Assembly: GCA_003990765.1 (NCBI GenBank)
Contig: RBNJ01000362.1
Location: 1 to 32,191, forward strand
Length of the DNA stretch: 32,191 nt
Source: Jimgerdemannia flammicorona
Taxonomy: Eukaryota
Reading direction: 5' to 3'
Made by a program: the position numbers and the translations under genes. Under the pieces are notes generated by a model. It did not search any database. It saw nothing but the letters and a program-made list of their open reading frames with translations, and had not been told where the DNA came from. Positions 23,901 through 32,191 of this stretch are shown piece by piece (the stretch's first letter is position 1; each line of letters opens with the position of its first letter).

Positions 23901-24550
23901 AGGGGACCAGGCCAGGATCTGTGGCCTAGCAGTTGGCAAGGAGTTGGAATTGGCAAAGAGTGGAACTGGCATGGTGTTTGGACCTGGAGTGCTGCAGTGA
24001 GAACATGGCTGCTGCCAAAGTACTGGGTGGTCTAGTGGTGCATGTTGCAGAGGAATGTTATGCTCAACTTTCGCTTGGGGTACCTTATCATAGGGGGTTG
24101 CTTCGACTGTAAGGAGTACATACCATAATGTAGGGCAGGAGGGGGGTTATGTACAGATACCAGAACATTGGCTAGGAGAGTGTGAGGTGTTGGGGGATTT
24201 TTGGTGGACAATTGGGATTTGCTTGAGGGTACGGGATAGGAGTGATGAAGTATGGGGGAGATGGGAGGACTTGAGGGATAGATTGGTAGGGGGGATAGGG
24301 AAGAAGTGGCTTACTTTGGGTTGGGTTTTGGCTATTTGGGTGGGGCTGGCCAGTCATTGGCTATTTGTTTTTGAGGATGGAAGGAGATAGGGCTTGGGGG
24401 ACTGGTTGCTGCAGTGGCATAGGCTTATGGAAGACACCTTAACAGGCTGGTGGCTGGGTTGGAGGATACAGGGTGGTCGGAGGCACCACTTAGTGGAGAA
24501 AATCTGTAGACAAAGTGGGGGGAGAGTTGGGGTAGTTGGTGAATGAGTGA
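20941..24550 (+). pseudogene. LINE ORF2: APE endonuclease, reverse transcriptase, C-terminal Cys-His finger
   Basis: IFSLNMNGL, LFLLQD, GGDFN and SDH; APGEDGLP, KNWWPIMLL, LDQKKA, GVPQRDP, AFADN and YLGIYL; SLAGWV..LLPKLWY; CKEY..QIPEHWLGEC; many W/R/Q-to-stop changes. 3' end approximate. Confidence 0.92.
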
Positions 24551-24635
24551 TTTTTATTCATGAGGAGGTAGGGAGGGGCCCCCCTGTGGGGATTGAGTAG
24601 TGGGTAGGAATGATGTATATTTATCATAGACTGGT

Positions 24636-24679
24636 AATAAAGGCAGAGTCCAAGTGACTATAAAAAAAAAAAAAAAAAA
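24636..24679 (+). terminator. LINE 3' end: AATAAA, conserved AGTCCAAGTGACT motif, poly(A)
   Basis: Same layout recurs at 32162-32191. Confidence 0.8.
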
Positions 24680-25094
24680 GGAGGCAATGTAATTGGGACA
24701 GTGGTGCCAGCAGGTGAGCTGGTGTGTTACTTAGAGATCTACTTCTTAGTGTTTGGGTCACTTCTCCCCCATACATGGTGGGACTGACAACTTCTGGAGT
24801 GGGGAAATGTGCTTCTACAATAGAGTGATTGACATATATCCTTAGCAGGAAGGGTGATAGTGCTGAATGTATATTGGCTGCCGAAGCTGTAGTATGTGGG
24901 ATATCATCTGAATTTCCCAGCTTGGGTGGTCAGAGGGCTGTTGAAGATGGTGAGATCATAGATCTGGAGAGGGCAGTGAAGTCAGATAGATTGGGAGGTA
25001 CTTACACTACCAGTAGAAAGAGGTGGGCTAGGTTTGGTGGACTTTACCAAACAGCTTCATTGTTTGAGAGCCTGATGGCTAAGGAGAGTGAGTG

Positions 25095-25498
25095 TATAAT
25101 GGTTCTAGTTTCTAGATAAGGAAGTGACTAGTTCTGGTGATTCTAAGTAGCTCGAAGAGATACTTAAGGATTCAAGTATTTTTAAAGAATTTCTCGGAGA
25201 AAATATTCTGAGACTTTATTCATAAGAACAAAGGGGATATTTATACAAGATCTGAAAGAAGGATCCAGAAGGATCTGAGAAATCAAAGGAAAATACCAAG
25301 AGGAAAGTTCTTGGCAAAAATGATAAATGATGACAAATAAAGTTCTACAAGTTTCCAGGATATTCCATGACTAGCTAAATAAGTACTAGTTAATACTCAG
25401 TGCTAAGAAGGGGATTTCTAAGTATATGGAAAGTGCTGGAAGGTTATAGAATATTCAAGAAGACAGAGAAAAGAAATAAACTATGCTAAAATGTTACA
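25095..25498 (-). repeat. 3' LTR (404 bp)
   Basis: About 95% identical to 30723-31127 by manual comparison; minus strand TGTAAC...CCATTATA. Confidence 0.96.
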
Positions 25499-25511
25499 TC
25501 TCCTCCTTCTT
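25499..25511 (-). other. Polypurine tract
   Basis: Minus strand AAGAAGGAGGAGA directly before the 3' LTR. Confidence 0.9.
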
Positions 25512-25827
25512 AAGAATCAATGTCCTCATTGAATTCTTAAAGTTATACATAATAAACAATAAGGCTAAAAGAAACTTCAAATTAAATATATCGACTCATT
25601 GGTAAGGATTGGCCATCCTTATATAAGGTGAGGGCCAAAGTATCATCTTGATTAGATGAGAACTGGTTTGAACCTCATTGGTTGTAGGATTTATAGGATT
25701 TTCCTATATCTCTTGTTTCTGATACTGTATCCCTTAGAGAGCCCTGATGCATAATATATCTGATCAGCACAGTAGATCATCTACTATTCAAGAGGAGAAC
25801 CTCATGGGTAGTCAATGAGTTCCTTTT

Positions 25828-25980
25828 TACTTGAACTCTTGGATGAGGTCTTGGGAGTTCTTGAGATTGGCAGTAGGTTTCCAGGTAGTATCATATTCAG
25901 GATAACCCATCTACTTAACTAGGTATTCTGTGTGATGGTATCAGACTTGCTTGTCTAAGATTTTCTCAACTTCATACTTG
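25828..25980 (-). pseudogene. Integrase-fused chromodomain
   Basis: YEVEKILDKQV*YHHTEYLVK*MGYPEYDTTWKPTANLKNSQDLIQEFK. Confidence 0.93.
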
Positions 25981-27270
25981 ATGTAGTCTTCAACTATGAC
26001 TGGTGCTGATGGTGTCGGAATTTGGCCAGGGTATGGGGGTGACTGGTTCCAGGCCTTGAGTTGTGACATATGGAATACTGGGTGTATATACATGGTTGTT
26101 GGCAGGTTGAGGCAGTAAGACCAGGTGGAGACTTGCTTGGTGATCTCAAAAGGTCCAAGGTACTTGGGCTGGAATTTGGCTGACTGGCAGTTGACTTGAG
26201 ATTGAGCCTTGATGTTGTCAGCTTTGAGTAGAACCATATCACCAATGTTATATATATATGACATCTTGCCACTTCTTATCTGCATACTTAGCTTGATGTT
26301 GCTGAGTCTTTTGCAGGTTCATAGTAGTGATCTTGAGAAGGGAATCCATTTTGTCAATAAGGTTCTGGGCTGTGGGGACTTATGTGTGACTGGATTACTG
26401 GAATGGGACTAGGCTTGCAGGGGTCTCAGGGTTTTGACCATGAAGTAGCTGAAATGAGGAAAGGCCAGTTGATAATTGGGTGGCATTATTGTAGGCAAAC
26501 TCGGCATAGGTCAGATAGTGGTCCCAATCATCTTGCTTATAAGATACATAGTTTCTGAGCATTTGTCAAGTGTTCTGTTCATTCACTTGGTCTGTCCATC
26601 AGTTTGAGAGTGGAAGGCAGTGGATATAGCAATTTGGATTCCAAGGGTCTTGAAGAGTACTTGCCAGAAGTGAATTGTGAATTTGGGATTGCAGTCACTG
26701 ATAATTACTTGAGAAAGTCCATAATGGTGGAAGATAGTCTTGAAGAAGATTCTTGTAATTTCTGGGATAGTGGCATTAGTTGTAGTTGGCTTGGCGATTG
26801 TAATCTTGGTGAGATGGTCCACAAATACAACAATAGTATCATAGCCTGTTTTGGTTCATGAGAGTTGCACAATGAAGTCCATTGTGACTTATTCAAACTT
26901 CTTGGTCAGAATTGGCAGGGGTTGCAGAAGACTGGCAGGTGCTTGGTTGCTTGACTTCTTTCTTTGACAAAGATCGCAGCTTTGGATATACTTCTTGATT
27001 TCCTTGAGCATATTTGGCCAGTAGTAGTCTTGTTGGATATTCTTGATGGTCTTTTCAGTTCCAAGGTGACCAGCTAGTGAGGAGTCATGATGTTCATGAA
27101 GAATCTTGTACCATAGTTCAGGGTTGGCAGGAATATATACTTTGTCTTGATAGTACATTAGGTTGTTCTTAATGGTGTACTTTTTCTTGAATTCCTTAGT
27201 ATTCCTTTGTAGAATCAGAGAGTCTTGTTCATATGCCTTCTTGATCTGATTGAGGAATTCAGGTGCCATG
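25981..27270 (-). pseudogene. Integrase (HHCC, DDE core, GPY/F module)
   Basis: HEHHDSSLAGHLG..CDLCQ; TMDFI..VFVDHLTK..ISDCNPKFT..HSQTDGQT; KFQPKYLGPFEI. Confidence 0.93.
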
Positions 27271-27289
27271 GTGACTTGTAAAATTGCAG

Positions 27290-28640
27290 CAAGGTCAGGT
27301 CTCCTTGAAAGTGCATCTGGTATAACTAGAGTTTTGCCAGGCTTGTAGATGATGTTTGGGATAAAGGTCTGAAGTAGTTGACTCCACTTGGCTTATTGGC
27401 GAGAAAGGATTGGTTGAGTGTTGATATACTGAAGAGACCTGTGATCAGTAATTACATCAAACTTAACTCCTTCTAGATAGTATTACCAGGTCTTGAGGGC
27501 ATGCATAATTGCTAGGAGTTCCTTTTTGTAAGTAGCCAGCTTTTGTTCTGCTGGGAACAATTTTCTTGACTCAAAGGCAATAGGTTGGTGTCCTTGACCA
27601 TCATCTTGAGAAATGACTGCACCAATAGCAAAGTTAAATACATCTGTAGTAACTGTGAACTTTAAGTTTGGGTCCATGTTTCTAAGGACAGGTGCATGGG
27701 TTAGGCAGTTCTTGAGTTCTTGAAAAGCTTGTTGACAGAAAGCATTCCAGATGTAGGGGACATAGAGGTCAGAGTTGGGTTCTTTTCATAGGAGGTTTAT
27801 CAAAGATTCTGTGATGCCTGAGAAGTTCTTGACAAATTGATGGTAGTATCTAGCCAGACTAAGGAAGGACCTGAGTTCAGTGAGGTTTGCTGATATAGGC
27901 CACTGTTCAATGGCTTGTATTTTCCTTGGGTCTACTTGAATTTCTTTGGCTGATACAATGTGTCCAAGGTATTTGGCTTGATCCTTGAAAAATTCATATT
28001 TCTTGAGCTTTGCATAGAGCTTGTTCTTGTGGAGGATCTTGAGGACTTGTTCAATATGCTTGAGATGTTCTTCTTCAGTGCTACTGAAGATCAGGATGTC
28101 ATCGATGTATACAAGTACAAAGATATAGAGCTGGTCCTTGAAGACAGTTTGCATGAGATCTTGAAAGATTGCTGATACATTGGTGAGACTAAAGGCCATG
28201 ACTAGAAATTCATAGAATCTGAAGAGTGTCATGAAAGCAGTCTTGGGTATGTCTTCTGGCTTGATTCAAATTTGGTGATACCCAGAGGTGAGATCAATCT
28301 TGGTGAAGTACTTTGTATTTTTGAGAGTATCAAAGATTTGATCTATAAGTAGTAGCAGATAATGGTTCTTGACTGTAATCTTGTTGAGCACTCAGTAGTC
28401 TATGCATATTCACAGAGTATCATCCTTTTTCTTGACAAATAGGACTGGGGAGCCAAAGGGTGACTTGCTTGGCTGAATGGCTCCTCGCTCGATAAGTTCA
28501 TTGAGTTTCTTCTTGACTACTTCAATTTTGAGTGAAGACATGTGGTATATTTTCTTCTTAGGTATAGCTGTATCAGGTACCAACTTGATTTCATAGTCAT
28601 GGTCTCTTGAAGATGGTAGACTAGGTAGTTTGTCCAGGAA
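27290..28640 (-). pseudogene. Reverse transcriptase and RNase H
   Basis: SKSPFGSPVLFVKKKD, YFTKIDLTSGYHQI, KTAF, VYIDDILIFS and KYLGHIVS; TTDVFNFAIGAVISQ, KELLAI and DALSRRPD. Confidence 0.95.
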
Positions 28641-28849
28641 GACATCCTTATACTTGTTCAGCAGTAACTTGACACTTTCACTAATTGATAGCTTCTTGTC
28701 TTCTTTCTTTGGTCAGATCAGTATCACAAAGGCACAGGTAGCTTTCTTGAGAGCCTTCTTGAACTGAATTGCTGAAAGGGTAGCAATTGGGGTTCTTATC
28801 TGAGTCTTGTCTGGCTTGATGGTAATGTTGGCTCCATCCTGGATCAAGG

Positions 28850-29180
28850 TAACTTCATTCTTGGTCAAATCAATCTGAGGGTTGTGCTGTATAAGCTAGG
28901 GTTTGCCTAGGATCAGGTTATGGTCTCCTAGTGGTGCTACCTCAAAATCTAAATGTTTCCAGTACTTCTGAATCTTGAGAGGGAGTTTAGTGGCAATTGA
29001 GTCGATTGGTAAGGTGGTGCCATCTGCAGTGACAACTCCACCATTCTTGCCAGCTGGTTTGGTGAGAATCTTGAGCTTGTTGATGAGGTTCTTGTTGATG
29101 AAGTTCTCAACAGCTCCACTGTCTATAAGAATGTCTAGTTCTTGTCCCTTGACTAGACCTTTGAAAATGAGTATTGAATT
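28850..29180 (-). pseudogene. Retropepsin aspartic protease
   Basis: ELDILIDSGAVENFI..VVTADG..NLILGKP*L. Confidence 0.9.
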
Positions 29181-29209
29181 GGCTCAGTTCTTAGCTATAC
29201 TTGTAACTT

Positions 29210-29625
29210 TGTCAGTGATGCCAAAGCCTTTCTAATCTCACTTGGTTGGGGACAGCTTGATGACTTCTTTGATGACTGGTAGGGTGGCTCACTCCAGAAT
29301 GAGCTGTGCAATTCTGTCTCCTTCATTGATGGTATATGGTTAGTTCTTGTGGTTGACTAGCAGGACTTGTATTTCATCTTGGAAGTCAGGGTTAATGACT
29401 TCAGCACTAATATCTAATGAGTACTTGAGACTGAGGCCAGATCTTGGTACAATCCTTGCATAATGTTCCTTGGGGATTTCGACTGAAAGGCCAGTTGAAA
29501 TGAGCCTTCTTTTATGTGCAGAAATAGTGACTTGTTGTACTGCTTGAAGGTCCAAACCAATAGCTCCTTCTGACTGTGCTTGAGGGATCTGGCCTTGGGT
29601 TGACTCACATAAAATTGAGTATAAC
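29210..29625 (-). pseudogene. dut: Trimeric dUTPase domain between Gag and protease
   Basis: All five motifs in order: AIGLDL, PRSGL, SAEVINPDFQDEI, EGDRIAQLI, K*D*KGFGIT. Confidence 0.93.
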
Positions 29626-30654
29626 TTCTTGTTCGACTGATTGATCTTAAGTGTCTTTGGACAGGACCAGGATCCTCTTTGGTTCAGCAGTTTTCTTGGG
29701 GCATTTCGTTGCAATGTGACCAGGCTGATGGCAAAAGAAGTAGGCTCCAGCCTTCTTGAGACACTTCTTTTCCTCAGATATAAGCTTGCCTTTCTTGCTC
29801 TTGTCGATGGTGTCTAGGTCCATAGGGGCAGGTCCAACAGTTCTAACTTTGGGTTCCTCCCTTCTGTAGTTGTTGTTGTTGTTGAAAGACAGTCTCTTCT
29901 GTTTGAAGTAGTGACCATAGGTGATAATATCAAATCTATCAGCAATTTTCATTACCATATCTAGGTCCTTGGGTTCTTCTAGTTTAACATGAACTTGGGT
30001 TTGACCTTTTAGGCCTTGGATGTACTTGTCAACCTTCTCGTCTTCAGTGACATGTGGTAATTTAAGCAGGATTGACAGGAATTGTACATTATATGCTTAT
30101 ACAGACTTGAGTTGTTTGATATTTGCCAGATGGTCTCACATGGCCTTGGTGCTGTTGACTGATTTGAATTGACCTTGAATAGCATCAGCAAATTCACCCC
30201 AGGTCTTGATTTGACCAGAGAATCTGGTATTCTGGACATGATTTCACCACCAGATTGCAGTATTCCCTTGGAGAAGTGTGGCAGTGAATTGGACTAGTGT
30301 TGCTTTTTTCAAATTGGTCAGTTCTCCATATTGCTCCAATTGGAAAAGCCTGGCATTGGTAGATAGTCCTCCTCTTTGACCATCAAAGGTGTCAGGCTTC
30401 TGAGGCTTGATAGTGACTACTGTCAGATGTATTGATGTTGGTGGAGGTATGGAGGTATGAGCAGAGGCCTTGCTTTCCTTTCTTTCTATACATTCTTGAA
30501 GTTGAGTGATCTGAGCTAATGCAGTCTGCAAAAGACTCTTGATGGCCTCATTCGACTGAGTAGGGTTTTGCTGTTCCTCTTCTTCTTGCTGATTGTATGA
30601 GGCATTGCCTGGACCATAGGTACTGTATGAAGAGTTCTACCTATTGTCCTCCAT
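29626..30654 (-). pseudogene. Gag (capsid + degenerate CCHC knuckle)
   Basis: ATG at 30654; KPDTFDG..LLQGNTAIWW..TWGEF..YIQGLK..GPAPMDLD..AYFFCHQPGHIATKCP (first C read as Y). Confidence 0.92.
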
Positions 30655-30708
30655 AGTGTTATGACTGATATCTTGAGAGGTGTCTTGATAAGGCTAGGTG
30701 TAACTTAA

Positions 30709-30720
30709 CCACTGCTACTA
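30709..30720 (-). other. Primer-binding site, probably tRNA-iMet type
   Basis: TAGTAGCAGTGG 2 nt after the 5' LTR; transition variant of TGGTAGCAG.., which is complementary to the initiator-Met tRNA 3' end. Confidence 0.75.
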
Positions 30721-30722
30721 AG

Positions 30723-31127
30723 TATAATGGTTCTAGTTTCTAGATAAGGAAGTGATTAGTTCTGGTGGTTCTAAGTAGCTTGAAGAGATACTTAAGGATT
30801 CAAGTATTCTCAAAGGATTTCTGGGAGAAAATATTCTGAGACTTTATTTATGAGAACAAAGGGAATATTTATACAAGATCTGAAAGAAGGATCCAGAAGG
30901 ATCTGAGAAATCAAAGAAAAATACCAAGAGGAAAGTTCTTGGCAAAAATGACAAATGATGACAAATAAAGTTCTACAAGTTTCCAGGATATTCCATGACT
31001 AGCTAAATAAGTACTAGTTAATGCTCAGTGCCAAGAAGGGGATTTCTAAGTATGCAGAAAGTGCTGAAAGATTATAGAATATTCAAGAAAGACAGAGAAA
31101 AGAAATAAACTATGCTAAAATGTTACA
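30723..31127 (-). repeat. 5' LTR (405 bp)
   Basis: Direct repeat of 25095-25498; contains TATAAAT followed by an AATAAA-like signal on the minus strand. Confidence 0.96.
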
Positions 31128-32191
31128 GAGTGAGCTGAGGGGCCAGAAGTGGGTACCACTCATGCAGAGGGTGTGGGAGGTCCAGTATTCCCCTCATGGA
31201 GACTCTGGTGACCTGCTTGCAATAGTGGCCATGGATGGGAGCAAGAGGATGTACTTCTGGTAGGGGGTGGTGGATGGGGCTAAGAGAATTGGTCTTCAGT
31301 GGCAAGGTGATGAAGGAGAGGAGGATTGGGGACCACAGATGTGGCAGTGGGACAGGCTACTACTGGGTGGTGTTTTAGTGGAGAACTTCCAGCTTGGAGA
31401 GGGTATGGAGTGTCTGTGGGGCTTGGGTGGCAATATTTGGTCTGAAGCCTGGCAGAGGGTTGGGATTAGCAAGAAGTGGAACTGGAATGGGCTCTGGCTT
31501 TGGAGCAAGTGGGTGATGCAGTGGCTACCCCCCAAGTTCTGAGTGGTATGGTGGTGAGTTCTATGGCAGAATGTGATATTGAACTATCAGTCTGGGTACT
31601 TGGTGATTGGTGGCATATTTGAGTGTAAGGAATGCTTTGGTGTTGGTCAGGAGAGAGGAGTGGTACAAATGCCTGAACATTGGCTTGGCAAGTGCAATGT
31701 TTTGGGGGTATTTTGGAGACATATCATAGACCAGTTGGGGCTACAAGCCCTGGAGGAAGGGGAAGGGGGGAGATGGGGAGAGCTCTGCTGAAGGCTGGTC
31801 GGCAGGGTTGGGGATGAATGGCTGACCCTTAGCTGGACTCTAGCCATAAGGGTTGGGATGGCTGGGCATTGGGTATATGTATTTGAGGAGGGTCAGCAGG
31901 TTGGAGTTGGGGATAAGGTAGTACATTGAAAATGGTTATTACTAGATATTTTGAATGGCTGGTGGTGAGAGTGGGGGCCAGGTGGGGAGAGTTACAGGGG
32001 TTTGGTACAGTGTATCTCCTGGAAGAGTGGTGGGAGGATTCAGGTGGTGGGTGACTGGGTTGTCCTCAGGCAGAGGGGTGTCAAGAGGAGAGGAATGGGT
32101 CTGCAGGGTATTGGTTGAGGAGATGGGGTGATGTTGTATTATTATTATTATATATGGTAGTAATAAAGAGCAGTCCAAGTGACTATAAAAA

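Larger units (their letters stand above)
18811..24679 (+). mobile_element. Full-length L1/Tx1-type LINE copy D (~5.9 kb) with poly(A) tail
   Basis: 5' motif agtaccattcaggt, ORF1, 32-nt spacer, ORF2 (APE-RT-CCHC), AATAAA and A18 tail at 24662-24679; no TSD found. Confidence 0.93.
25095..31127 (-). mobile_element. Complete Ty3/gypsy chromovirus LTR retrotransposon with dUTPase (6033 bp, disabled)
   Basis: Two LTRs, 5-bp TSD GAGTG (25090-25094 and 31128-31132), PBS, PPT, gag-dUT-PR-RT-RH-IN-chromodomain. Confidence 0.97.
24680..32191 (+). mobile_element. LINE copy E, 3' part (24680-25094 + 31133-32191), interrupted by the chromovirus
   Basis: Both flanks are colinear with about 8942-10300 across the insertion point; ends in AATAAA..agtccaagtgactataaaaa at the window edge. 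Confidence 0.9.

Noticed and set aside
25093..25094. Canonical TG...CA LTR end at 25093
   Set aside because: The other LTR has AG at this position and no 5-bp TSD results; the TG belongs to the GAGTG duplication.
29340..29714. Host dUTPase gene, or dUTPase as a defence against C>T decay
   Set aside because: It is embedded in the retroelement polyprotein between the LTRs; dUTPase acts on the nucleotide pool and would not repair deaminated genomic cytosines.
60..32178. Remaining short ORFs in the six-frame track as host genes
   Set aside because: They are fragments or shadow frames of TE pseudogenes or repeats; no host domain was recognised.

Overview
Eukaryotic (most likely fungal, inferred from the short GT-AG introns, chromovirus and L1/Tx1 content) nested transposable-element cluster with no recognisable host gene; every coding region is a TE pseudogene. 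In order: the 5' part of an intron-containing hAT DNA transposon (1-2049, -); the gag, PBS and a probable ~1.5 kb LTR of a Ty3/gypsy-like element whose LTR appears to carry an unknown ORF (2050-4777, -); at least five copies or fragments of one G-rich L1/Tx1-type LINE family, one full-length (18811-24679) and one with a codon-precise internal inversion (8918-14557); an old AT-degraded Ty3 copy split by that LINE; and a complete Ty3/gypsy chromovirus (25095-31127, -) with 404/405 bp LTRs, a GAGTG target-site duplication, TG...TA ends and the order gag-dUTPase-protease-RT-RNaseH-integrase-chromodomain. The copies show a graded C>T/G>A decay, from CpG-retaining to very AT-rich, that is not limited to CpG (RIP-like). 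All alignments and counts were made by eye, and boundaries in degraded regions are approximate.
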